A stretch of DNA of 64,000 bases from a phage. This document shows, one piece after another, positions 41,571 through 49,598 of the stretch. Under the pieces are notes generated by a model. It had not been told where the DNA came from and ran no database searches. It worked only from the letters and a program-made list of their open reading frames with translations. The stretch lies in sequence record PX645697.1; one strand, given 5' to 3'. The first letter of the stretch is position 1, and every line of letters starts with the position of its first letter. The position numbers and the translations under genes were made by a program.

Positions 41571-41599
41571 AAAAGAAAAGGCCACCCAAATGGGTAGCC
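41571..41599 (-). terminator. intrinsic terminator-like hairpin
   Basis: - strand GGCTACCCA..TGGGTGGCC followed by TTTTCTTTTAT. Confidence 0.45.
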
Positions 41600-41604
41600 T
41601 CATA

Positions 41605-41928
41605 TTACGATGAGCTTAAAGCTCCTTTTCGCTTAGCAGCACCAGCCGCTTTTCCAGCTCGATCACCACTTTTGCCGCCGTTTGAACGGTTTGAGCTGAC
41701 TGATTCAACACGTAAGTTGCTTGACGCATTAGAGCCTCCAGACTTGACAGCTCGTTTGTGTCCAACATCTTTACCTCTGACAGCAGCTTTTCCATCGCGC
41801 TTTTCAACGATGCGACGTGCACGGTGGCGCTGAGCATCTCCGCTCTTGCTCCCAACGCCTGTCTCACCACGGGCAATTGCGGTACGTCTTTCTTGCGCAT
41901 AATCTCTTTTTCCTACATGATCTGCCAT
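41605..41928 (-). CDS. basic G/R/K/S-rich low-complexity protein (alternative frame 41616..41900 also open)
   Basis: AAGGAG SD 7 nt upstream of ATG 41928; TAATGTATA motif upstream; locally GC-rich. Confidence 0.4.
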   Translation of the reverse strand: MADHVGKRDYAQERRTAIARGETGVGSKSGDAQRHRARRIVEKRDGKAAVRGKDVGHKRAVKSGGSNASSNLRVESVSSNRSNGGKSGDRAGKAAGAAKRKGALSSS

Positions 41929-41964
41929 TTAGAACTCCTTAATATATCAGTGTACACTAAGGAG

Positions 41965-41973
41965 TATACATTA
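41965..41973 (-). promoter_or_regulatory. TAATGTATA promoter-like motif
   Basis: exact 9-mer on - strand 36 nt upstream of ATG 41928. Confidence 0.5.
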
Positions 41974-41982
41974 TGGATGCTA

Positions 41983-42171
41983 TTAAAACTCTGCTAAGTA
42001 TTTAATATCAGAGGCATATACCTCATCAAAGGAAATAACTTCTCCATTGTAAAGAAGTTCTATTTTCAGTATACCAGAGCATTTAGTGTCTTTAGAATCA
42101 ACCCTGATAGAGAGCTTATCAACTATCTGAGCTTTAATCTCTTCTATTACCGACTCTTGAGTGTTATTCAC
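41983..42171 (-). CDS. hypothetical small protein (probable GTG start)
   Basis: GGGAGG SD before GTG; overlaps upstream gene by 8 nt. Confidence 0.4.
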   Translation of the reverse strand: MNNTQESVIEEIKAQIVDKLSIRVDSKDTKCSGILKIELLYNGEVISFDEVYASDIKYLAEF

Positions 42172-42349
42172 TCCACCCTCCCGGTGGTACAAAATCATCA
42201 GGAACATCAATGATAGTAGGTTCTCCATCATTCATGCAGGTGTCTTCATTGAACTCTTCACACTCAAAGCACGCTCGTTCGATATTTTTGTAGAAGTCGA
42301 TGGTTGCTGAACCATCACCACAATCTCGGATAACTAGAGCTACTTTCAC
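42164..42349 (-). CDS. hypothetical small Cys-containing protein
   Basis: 61-aa ORF with ATGA overlap to PhoH stop. Confidence 0.4.
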   Translation of the reverse strand: MKVALVIRDCGDGSATIDFYKNIERACFECEEFNEDTCMNDGEPTIIDVPDDFVPPGGWSE

Positions 42350-43089
42350 TTCTCTTGTCCTTTTTCCATTGCTTTAACAATAGCTTTACAGAAACCAGAA
42401 CGAACAATGTCATCTGATTCGCCATCTACTATCTCAGCGAACTCATACAGATCATGTTCATCAATAAAGTTAGTAGCCCAAGTAAGACCACTCTCACGAC
42501 CACGCATATCATGCTGGTTAGTATCACCCATGCAGAACAGCTGAGAGGTCTCTCCCAATCGAGTCATGATTGAGAAGGCTTCATCTTTAGTGGTGTTCTG
42601 GAACTCATCTACGATAACAATAGCATCGTTGAAAGAACGACCACGGAGATACTCCAGAGGTACGAACTCAATATTACTGTTACCGAGCTGGCATTCATAG
42701 AACCCTTTACCATATCGCTGAGTAATAACATCAATGATAGGCATCAAATATGGTTCAAACTTCTCACGCATCCCTCCCGGAAGCAACCCAAGAGAATTAC
42801 CCATGCCGACCGAAGGGCGACTCAGGATAATCTTCTGAATCTTACCACTCTTCAGTGCATCGATAACCGTGGAAGTGATTACAAAGGTCTTACCACAGCC
42901 CGCAGGAGCGTCTGTGAACACAACTTGTTTAGTCTTAATAGCATTGAGTAGCTCAGACTGAAACTGGTTCTGAGGGACTACAGGCTTTGCTAAAACCACC
43001 TCTTCATACTCTCGCTTACCTTTACGAGTAACAAGTGCTTCCCGACGAAGGTCTTTCCGTGATTCTTTCCGTGATTGACGACGACTCAT
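42346..43089 (-). CDS. phoH: PhoH-like ATPase
   Basis: 247 aa; Walker A FTDAPAGCGKTF and Walker B IVIVDEFQN. Confidence 0.8.
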   Translation of the reverse strand: MSRRQSRKESRKDLRREALVTRKGKREYEEVVLAKPVVPQNQFQSELLNAIKTKQVVFTDAPAGCGKTFVITSTVIDALKSGKIQKIILSRPSVGMGNSLGLLPGGMREKFEPYLMPIIDVITQRYGKGFYECQLGNSNIEFVPLEYLRGRSFNDAIVIVDEFQNTTKDEAFSIMTRLGETSQLFCMGDTNQHDMRGRESGLTWATNFIDEHDLYEFAEIVDGESDDIVRSGFCKAIVKAMEKGQEK

Positions 43090-43283
43090 TTACGCTCTCC
43101 AATTTCTTCGTAATGACACTCAGTGGTTAAACAATCTTTACAGATTGCTGTGTAAACCCTGACGTTAGTAAATCGTTTGTTCTTCCCTTTGGTTGGAGAG
43201 CCTTTGGCAAGCTCTCTGATAACCTTGTTACTTAAATGAAGGTTTGTTCCTTCACATCTAGAGCACTTCACCACAATGTCCAT
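43086..43283 (-). CDS. small zinc-ribbon protein
   Basis: 65 aa; CSRCEG ... CKDCLTTEC. Confidence 0.5.
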   Translation of the reverse strand: MDIVVKCSRCEGTNLHLSNKVIRELAKGSPTKGKNKRFTNVRVYTAICKDCLTTECHYEEIGERK

Positions 43284-43468
43284 TCAGTAAGAGACCACAG
43301 AGAGTCACCTATGTGGGCATTGTCATTCCTGATGAGGTCTTTGATTTTATCAACATCAGTCAAGTGAGTCACATTCAAAATATCCTCAACATCCGGGGCA
43401 TATTTAAATATGGCAACAATACTGTTGCGATCTTCAGCGTATCTTTCTAGAACATAAACTACGCTCAT
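43268..43468 (-). CDS. hypothetical small protein
   Basis: 66-aa ORF, tiled. Confidence 0.45.
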   Translation of the reverse strand: MSVVYVLERYAEDRNSIVAIFKYAPDVEDILNVTHLTDVDKIKDLIRNDNAHIGDSLWSLTEWTLW

Positions 43469-43788
43469 GCGAAGTTAACCTCTTTATGAAGTCTGTAAAC
43501 AGCCGTCGCCATACAAGCAACAGCTTCGTTATGTGGGAGATGCATCCCTGTAGAACCATCCCAATCTTTGAACTCATTGTCAAAGACTCCGGTAGGCTCT
43601 GGATACAAGGCTTGCAACTCAACCAAATCGTTAGCAACTTGTTGCCATTTATCATCAGACCAGATAGGGTCATCCAACCAGTAATACAAATAGGAATGGA
43701 TGATCAATTGCCTTCTATGCCGATTGATTACTTCAGCGGGACTTATCTCACTTCCGTTTGAAGTCCTAAATGTATTACCGTCGATCAT
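43465..43788 (-). CDS. hypothetical protein
   Basis: 107-aa ORF; overlapping 43434..43673 ORF judged spurious. Confidence 0.5.
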   Translation of the reverse strand: MIDGNTFRTSNGSEISPAEVINRHRRQLIIHSYLYYWLDDPIWSDDKWQQVANDLVELQALYPEPTGVFDNEFKDWDGSTGMHLPHNEAVACMATAVYRLHKEVNFA

Positions 43789-43991
43789 TATGAAAATTTC
43801 CGTTCTGTTAAAAAGTATATAACTTCATTATCTGGAGACCGAACTTTCTCTCCATTTACTAATTTCTTAGCATCTTCATATGAAGTACAATCCAAAGCAG
43901 GGTTATCAGGTGTTGGCTTCCCTAGGAAATATTTCCAAGTCCAACGCTCTCCGTCATCGTCTTGGCAGTCAAGAGTCCACAAAGTTTTCAT
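43788..43991 (-). CDS. hypothetical small protein
   Basis: 67-aa ORF, tiled. Confidence 0.45.
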   Translation of the reverse strand: MKTLWTLDCQDDDGERWTWKYFLGKPTPDNPALDCTSYEDAKKLVNGEKVRSPDNEVIYFLTERKFS

Positions 43992-44173
43992 TTCACAACC
44001 TTAAATTTGAATGTTGTTGGGTGATAATAGTGCAACCTATTAATAGTGTGCTTTGTTTCAAGATATATCCTACAGGAGTGGCACATAACATGAGACAAAC
44101 TAGTCACAGGATTGGGCTTAAAATTGATGATAGGCTTCTCTTTCTTACAGAAGCTACAGACTTTCTTTTCCAT
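43988..44173 (-). CDS. small zinc-ribbon protein (start refined)
   Basis: MEKKVCSFCKK ... MCHSCRIY: two CxxC pairs. Confidence 0.45.
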   Translation of the reverse strand: MEKKVCSFCKKEKPIINFKPNPVTSLSHVMCHSCRIYLETKHTINRLHYYHPTTFKFKVVK

Positions 44174-44387
44174 CTTTTCTCCAGTGGTCAACGAACTGCT
44201 GAAACACTTTACGGTCAAATGTGAAATTACGAGCAATTCCGCATTCTCTAAAAGTGGCAGGCATATAATCTACATCACCTTCAGATGTATGACCATAGAC
44301 TTGAATAAGCTTCTTAATCTTATCCTTCTCTCTTCGAGGAAGCATTCTAAATGCCTCCTGAATATCTGTAATATGTTTTATCTTCAT
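44154..44387 (-). CDS. hypothetical small protein
   Basis: 77-aa ORF. Confidence 0.45.
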   Translation of the reverse strand: MKIKHITDIQEAFRMLPRREKDKIKKLIQVYGHTSEGDVDYMPATFRECGIARNFTFDRKVFQQFVDHWRKDGKESL

Positions 44388-44533
44388 CAGAAATTCCTGC
44401 TAATCCTCTGAGTTGTGGGAACAGCAATATTCACATACTCCACAACAAGGGCAAATTTCTACACTTGGGTCATATGCATCATCAACTGTCATCCCACACT
44501 TGGTGCAGAACACATCATCATCTTCTTCCAATA

Positions 44534-45190
44534 TTAACTCTCCAAAGTTTTCTTCAGAGCTGCCCACGAGATTGGGTAGATCTTAGCCATCTCTTCGTCT
44601 ACGGATTTAGCAAACACTCGAACTTCATATTGAGCGTGAGATGAGAGTCGCTGACGACACAGCTCAAACCAGCCATACAAAGAACCAGTCCACACCCACT
44701 CAGTGATCATCCCCTGAGGAAGAACAAATCGAGCTTGCTCTGGTGCAATAAATTCAATCAACTTGTCATATGCTGCTAGAGAATCTTCATATGCATCGTT
44801 AATCAGCATTAATGCTTCATCTCGCTCTCCGTCGATGAGTTGAATCCCTGAACCTGCATGGAGGTCCGCAGGTCTCGCAAAAATCTCTTTAGGGATGAAG
44901 ACTTCAACTGCTCCATCTTTATACCGCCGGGACATTTCGTTCCACGAGAATCCAACCTGATGCTTGCCCAACTGTCTCGCAATTGCGATAGGTGCTTTGC
45001 ATCGGAAACTGACTTGTGGGTGTCGGAATGGAGTAACATGCTTCTCTCTTGCGAGGAAATTGATGAGACGTTCATCACGTTCATTTAAATCACCTTCACG
45101 GGTTACACCAAAGGAAACTCGAGCTGCGTTTACTACAGTTTTATCCGAGCCTAAAAACTCTACCAGTTCTGCTTTAAGCTGATCATTCAT
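44534..45190 (-). CDS. ThyX-like protein (flavin-dependent thymidylate synthase family) with divergent signature
   Basis: AARVSFG N-terminal motif and KHQVGFSWNEMSRRY in place of the canonical RHR-x7-S motif; start refined to ATG 45190 with GGAGAG SD. Confidence 0.55.
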   Translation of the reverse strand: MNDQLKAELVEFLGSDKTVVNAARVSFGVTREGDLNERDERLINFLAREKHVTPFRHPQVSFRCKAPIAIARQLGKHQVGFSWNEMSRRYKDGAVEVFIPKEIFARPADLHAGSGIQLIDGERDEALMLINDAYEDSLAAYDKLIEFIAPEQARFVLPQGMITEWVWTGSLYGWFELCRQRLSSHAQYEVRVFAKSVDEEMAKIYPISWAALKKTLES

Positions 45191-45635
45191 TACTTTTTCT
45201 CTCCATCCATGAAGCAAGTTTTCTAACTTCCTCTATCGTTATATCACTTTTTAACCTATTTACTCTTCTTGACAAAAAGGTCACATTCCCTTGAACGTAC
45301 CCTTTGTCTGGAATAAATCTGTCAAGCTCAGCTAAGTCATCAGAACCTTTTTCACCATCTATCTTTATAGGCGTATCTAATACCGGACAGAATCCAGTCC
45401 AAATAGACTCTAGATACTCAGGAGTTAAATCAAAAGGTACGTTATCCCTTTTTGCTTTTATTTTAGTTCTGACATTCTTTAATTTAAAAGGTTGTGTCCT
45501 TTTATATTTTAGATATCTAGCTCTTTGACTTTCGTTGGCGCAAGAATAACAATAAGGCCGTAACCTACCAGACCTATCATTACGCACAGGAAATTGATCT
45601 ATGTCCAAATCCTTTTCACAGGAATTACAGATCAT
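45183..45635 (-). CDS. zinc-finger / degenerate HNH-like nuclease-fold protein
   Basis: 150 aa; N-terminal CNSCEK...CYSCAN; C-terminal DRFIPDKGYVQGNVTFLSRRVNRLK resembles HNH with His replaced. Confidence 0.4.
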   Translation of the reverse strand: MICNSCEKDLDIDQFPVRNDRSGRLRPYCYSCANESQRARYLKYKRTQPFKLKNVRTKIKAKRDNVPFDLTPEYLESIWTGFCPVLDTPIKIDGEKGSDDLAELDRFIPDKGYVQGNVTFLSRRVNRLKSDITIEEVRKLASWMERKSNE

Positions 45636-45700
45636 CGATCGCTTCCCATAGCTTCGATTAATGTTGCTTGTAATTGTTCATTCATCCGTGAATTTCCCTA

Positions 45701-45901
45701 TTAATATTCTTTTACACAATAAACCACTAAGGTTCCTTGATCTGTTAATATTGACTTATGTAAGCTGACATTACTATAAAACTTTGGAGCTATCTTAAGG
45801 GCTTTCTTAAAACGACGAGCTTCTTTACGAGTAGCAAAGTGCTCTGTTACAGGAACTTTGTCGTTGTGTAGATAGTAAACTACTGTCCAATATTTTTTCA
45901 T
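45701..45901 (-). CDS. small protein, member of a 5-copy paralogous family (TRKEARR.KK motif)
   Basis: MKKYWTVVYY...ATRKEARRFKK...; family-wide N-terminal MKK.W, central [TS]R.EAR, C-terminal aromatic end. Confidence 0.5.
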   Translation of the reverse strand: MKKYWTVVYYLHNDKVPVTEHFATRKEARRFKKALKIAPKFYSNVSLHKSILTDQGTLVVYCVKEY

Positions 45902-46176
45902 AATTTAATACCCAAAGCAGTTACTAAGAAAGCTTTCAGGTTTGCTTCGGTCTGCATACCAGATAAGCTATAATGTGCATCGCTGTTACGATTAGGCACA
46001 ACGAAAGCAGGGATACTTCGTACACCATACTTAACAGCTTGTTCACGACCATCACCTTCAAGGATGTTAATCTCTTCTACTTCTACATCAAACTCCTTAA
46101 CAACCTTCTCAAAGGTAGGAGCCATTGCTTTACATGGAGCACACTGATCACTATAAAACTTAATTACTTTACTCAT
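45898..46176 (-). CDS. thioredoxin
   Basis: MSKVIKFYSDQCAPCK with CxxC active site; AAGGAA SD; start refined from 46230. Confidence 0.7.
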   Translation of the reverse strand: MSKVIKFYSDQCAPCKAMAPTFEKVVKEFDVEVEEINILEGDGREQAVKYGVRSIPAFVVPNRNSDAHYSLSGMQTEANLKAFLVTALGIKL

Positions 46177-46366
46177 TCTATTCCTTGTTAATAAACAGGT
46201 TGATATGACGCTGGGTAGCAGGAACAACAATAAAAGATTTATACTGACCTTTTGCTAGGTCATGAGCAATCTTCTTTGTCTGACCAAGACCCATCACACA
46301 GCCACTAACGATAATGGCATGTGCTTGTAATTCTTCAGGTAGGTTTAGTTTCACTCTTTGGATTCC

Positions 46367-46552
46367 TTATAGCATACAAAGAATAATAACAAGAGGTAGT
46401 GTTATAGCAAAATGTACCAGAACAACACTACCTAGCTTGATAGCTTTAACATCCTCTTCTGCTGGGTTTTCTTTAATTGCTAAATTTCGAGCTTTATATA
46501 TAACAGTACCAACTATTAACGACCACACGGCCCACACAATCAGTGAAATCAT
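46367..46552 (-). CDS. small two-TM membrane protein
   Basis: 61 aa; MISLIVWAVWSLIVGTVIY ... VVLVHFAITLPLVIILCML. Confidence 0.45.
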   Translation of the reverse strand: MISLIVWAVWSLIVGTVIYKARNLAIKENPAEEDVKAIKLGSVVLVHFAITLPLVIILCML

Positions 46553-46561
46553 ATCAAATCC

Positions 46562-46741
46562 TTATGCAGTCAGGAGGTGAAGCAGGAATGGGATAACAAC
46601 AGCTACGATAACCATGATAGTTGATGCTGTTTGAATCTCACCTTTCTTATCAGGGGTTTCTTCAATAAGCTTACCAGAAGCCCAATAAATACCACCACCA
46701 ATAAAGATAGCCCAAATACCCCATACGATTGCTGATAACAT
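46562..46741 (-). CDS. small two-TM membrane protein, paralog of 46367..46552
   Basis: hand-translated 59 aa MLSAIVWGIWAIFIGGGIYW...TIMVIVAVVIPFLLHLLTA. Confidence 0.4.
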   Translation of the reverse strand: MLSAIVWGIWAIFIGGGIYWASGKLIEETPDKKGEIQTASTIMVIVAVVIPFLLHLLTA

Positions 46742-46802
46742 ATATCTATATCCTTATAAATAAGTTCGCCCCACCTCGGGTTAGGAGACAGGGCGGAGGT
46801 TT

Positions 46803-47366
46803 TTAGTAAGACACATCACCACTTGAGTGGGACATGTTGCTCTTGACAAAGTAGCAATACTTGCCAAGACCTTCATTAATTTCTTGAAGCATACTCTGAT
46901 CAACTGGATAAGTGACTAAATCACCATCAAACTCATCCATCTTCTCAATAATACACAACAAGGTCATGCACATATCAGAGAGCATTCCATCCATGTCTAG
47001 ATCAGCATTACCCTCTGAGAACCAAGCATGAGAGAGGTAGTTAGCTGCTGTAGCGTCCACTTTAACACAGTGGTAACGCATACGTTCAGCAATACGATCT
47101 CCTACCTGTCGTGCGTAATCTTCCAGCTCGTCAAACATACCATGAACACCCTGAAATCCTGCACCAGAGACGTTCCAGTGGTAGTTTTTAGCTTTAATAT
47201 GCAAGAGTTCCATGTTAGCTTGTAAGCAGCTTAGGATGTGTTCTAGGTTGTTTCCGCTAATCATGCCCTGCATAGTTTCAAGGCGAGAGATTGAAAGCTC
47301 AGATCGGTCTAACATGTTATATTCTGCACGACCGATTTCAGGTAAATCAAAGACATTCTTATGCAT
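46803..47366 (-). CDS. Dps/ferritin-like protein
   Basis: HIKAKNYHWNVSGAGFQGVHGMFDELEDYARQ resembles the Dps helix A/B signature; start refined to ATG 47366. Confidence 0.5.
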   Translation of the reverse strand: MHKNVFDLPEIGRAEYNMLDRSELSISRLETMQGMISGNNLEHILSCLQANMELLHIKAKNYHWNVSGAGFQGVHGMFDELEDYARQVGDRIAERMRYHCVKVDATAANYLSHAWFSEGNADLDMDGMLSDMCMTLLCIIEKMDEFDGDLVTYPVDQSMLQEINEGLGKYCYFVKSNMSHSSGDVSY

Positions 47367-47688
47367 TTGGGTTATCTCCATCAAGTTCAACTGAATTAGC
47401 AACGTTACGTTCGATGTTTGCCATCACTTGCTGCGTTATGACAATGCAGTTCTGTGGGTCAACTGATTTAGAACGCCCCATTTCAGGGTCATACACTTTA
47501 ACTCGCTTAGCAGTTGAACCTGTAACCTGAAGAACCTTCAACAGATATCCCTGATTACCAATAGACCATGCAACAACATCACGATTCTTGATGAATCGAC
47601 CAAGCATATCACGATGATAGAACTGCTGCATAACCTTTGATTTATTAATCTCTTCGGCTGGCGGAGCCACTTTACTCAAATCTAACAT
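47359..47688 (-). CDS. hypothetical protein
   Basis: 109-aa ORF with SD GGAGAGAG; promoter-like motif upstream. Confidence 0.5.
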   Translation of the reverse strand: MLDLSKVAPPAEEINKSKVMQQFYHRDMLGRFIKNRDVVAWSIGNQGYLLKVLQVTGSTAKRVKVYDPEMGRSKSVDPQNCIVITQQVMANIERNVANSVELDGDNPNA

Positions 47689-47727
47689 TTCACTCTCTCC
47701 TGTTTAACACAATATTCTTATACTGTA

Positions 47728-47736
47728 TATACATTT
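47728..47736 (-). promoter_or_regulatory. AAATGTATA promoter-like motif (one-mismatch variant of TAATGTATA)
   Basis: on - strand 40 nt upstream of ATG 47688; same spacing as exact copies. Confidence 0.4.
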
Positions 47737-47760
47737 GAGAGTGATCATATCTACTACCAA

Positions 47761-47970
47761 TCAGTAGTAAATTACTTTAGACATAAAAGAACCAGTGTTA
47801 GGGTCTTCATACCAGCGATGTATGTCAGCGCTTTTTACTATTGTGCCCAGAGTCTTCAACTGTTTCTTAGCAATACGAGCCTCTTTGCGAGTGTCAAACA
47901 ATTTGATGCTATCTTTTCTCATATGTTGCTCAAGATCCCAAACAACATGAATAGCCCACATCTTTTTCAT
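47761..47970 (-). CDS. small protein, paralogous family member
   Basis: MKKMWAIHVV...DTRKEARIAKK...VIYY. Confidence 0.5.
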   Translation of the reverse strand: MKKMWAIHVVWDLEQHMRKDSIKLFDTRKEARIAKKQLKTLGTIVKSADIHRWYEDPNTGSFMSKVIYY

Positions 47971-48185
47971 TAGTAATGTACCTTTCCGCTGATATAAATA
48001 CGGCCTGAGGTATACTCATAGCCCTTGAGAATCTTAATAGAGATAAGATATCCAGTGTGTAATTCACTGAACGATTTCTTAAGCCTACGTGCATCTTCTC
48101 GTGTTTTCTGGTAGGCCATGGTCACCCCCCCACTTGTCCACTCTGTCTTAACTAACCAAATTCTTTTCATAAGACCTGCCCTCAT
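47970..48185 (-). CDS. small protein, paralogous family member
   Basis: ...KRIWLVK...KTREDARRLKK...KVHY. Confidence 0.5.
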   Translation of the reverse strand: MRAGLMKRIWLVKTEWTSGGVTMAYQKTREDARRLKKSFSELHTGYLISIKILKGYEYTSGRIYISGKVHY

Positions 48186-48397
48186 TAGTAGTACACCTTG
48201 CTTCCAGCCATGAACGCCCCTGTCGAGCTTATCATGGCTTTGCTGATAGTAACTTTCTTACACCGTAAACATACCTTCCAGTTCTTTTTACAGATTCGAG
48301 CTTCTTGTCGAGTGTTACAAAAAATAGCCGAAGATATTTCTTGGGTGTTGTTATCATAAACACGAACACACCACTTTTTCATTGTTCCAAACTCCAC
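48185..48397 (-). CDS. small protein, paralogous family member
   Basis: ...MKKWCVRVY...NTRQEARICKK...KVYY. Confidence 0.5.
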   Translation of the reverse strand: MEFGTMKKWCVRVYDNNTQEISSAIFCNTRQEARICKKNWKVCLRCKKVTISKAMISSTGAFMAGSKVYY

Positions 48398-48588
48398 TAT
48401 CTGTCAACCGATTCAGGGACAAACTGCATTACACAGACCTGATTACGAGGAAGGTTTATTTCACAAGCGGTTTTTCTATCAGCAACCTTAGATGACGAGT
48501 TAGGGCCAATTTGAGCCATCATTAATCCCATAGCTAACATGCCGAGGATTACACCAATTGCTAGAGATGCTACAGTTTCTTGTTTCAT
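48397..48588 (-). CDS. small membrane/secreted protein
   Basis: 63 aa; hydrophobic LAIGVILGMLAMGLMMA segment. Confidence 0.45.
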   Translation of the reverse strand: MKQETVASLAIGVILGMLAMGLMMAQIGPNSSSKVADRKTACEINLPRNQVCVMQFVPESVDR

Positions 48589-48603
48589 ATCGGATACACT
48601 CTA

Positions 48604-48852
48604 TCAGTAATATATCTTTTCATTGATAACCAAAGTGTCGTAATTCTCTGTCTGAGAGTGGACCGCTTTGTGAATAGTAGCTACTACATCAACAGCATCT
48701 TTAAAGCGTCGATAATGGTTTATGGTTACTTTTTTGAGACGTCTAGCCTCCTCTCTTGAGGGAAGCTGAGTTTTTAGAACAGTGATTTTACCTGTTGAAA
48801 TCTTGGTAATCACAACTTTCAGTGCCCAACAATCCAGAGCAGCCTTTTTCAT
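48604..48852 (-). CDS. small protein, paralogous family member
   Basis: MKKAALDCWALKVV...PSREEARRLKK...KIYY. Confidence 0.5.
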   Translation of the reverse strand: MKKAALDCWALKVVITKISTGKITVLKTQLPSREEARRLKKVTINHYRRFKDAVDVVATIHKAVHSQTENYDTLVINEKIYY

Positions 48853-49055
48853 TTTACTAAACCCTTCATGTAGTCATAAAGATCATTAGAAGCTTTACCC
48901 CATTCAAGGTGCTTCTTATCCATATAACTCTTACAAGCTTCTTTACTGCTTTCATCACAAGTATCAAATCGATGACATGCTCGACCAAATGTCATAGCTT
49001 TTAATTGAACCTCGGTAGTCAAACCTTTCAGTTCTTGGAACTCTTCTTCAGTCAT
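48849..49055 (-). CDS. hypothetical small protein
   Basis: 68-aa ORF, tiled. Confidence 0.45.
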   Translation of the reverse strand: MTEEEFQELKGLTTEVQLKAMTFGRACHRFDTCDESSKEACKSYMDKKHLEWGKASNDLYDYMKGLVK

Positions 49056-49589
49056 TTACACACCTTTAGATGCAACTACACCTTCAGAGTTATTATAACG
49101 ACCCTTCACTGCATAGGAATGTTCCCCTGCATGAGAGTGCTCAAACATCACCATCTGACCAACACGCATACCAGCACGAACTCGTAAGCTATGATGCTTG
49201 GTTACGTTATGGAACTCAAATGTCAGCTTACTGCTGTTAAACCCTGCGTCTGCCCACCCGGCGTGGAGGTGGTTCAAACCACAACGAGCCATAGATGAAC
49301 GTAGGACAAACAGACTTGAGATGTTATCTGGAAGATTAAACTCCTCCATGGAGTGAGCCAAGAAGAACTGACCCGGAGTGATAACCAAACCCTCTTCAGG
49401 AATCTTTACTTCCTTCCACTGAAGATTCTCTTTCGCATCAATATCAACGATGCCATCAGCCTGTTCTTCAACAAGGATAGTATCACCAATACGGATATCC
49501 ACACTAGCAGCGTTAACATATTTATGCTCCGCATTCAGATAGCCATTGTCAATTACATCGTGCAGTTCAATACTTCCTAGTAAACTCAT
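49056..49589 (-). CDS. dCTP deaminase / dUTPase-family protein
   Basis: 177 aa; LRSSMARCGL matches the dCTP deaminase GRSSLARLGL signature. Confidence 0.65.
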   Translation of the reverse strand: MSLLGSIELHDVIDNGYLNAEHKYVNAASVDIRIGDTILVEEQADGIVDIDAKENLQWKEVKIPEEGLVITPGQFFLAHSMEEFNLPDNISSLFVLRSSMARCGLNHLHAGWADAGFNSSKLTFEFHNVTKHHSLRVRAGMRVGQMVMFEHSHAGEHSYAVKGRYNNSEGVVASKGV

Positions 49590-49598
49590 TCTTATTCC

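Noticed and set aside
43465-43788. Resemblance of YLYYWLDDPIWSDDKW..L..L.ALYPE to the N-terminal Ia domain of NAD-dependent DNA ligase
   Set aside because: The protein is only 107 aa with no ligase catalytic motifs; the match is a short pattern only, so no function was assigned.
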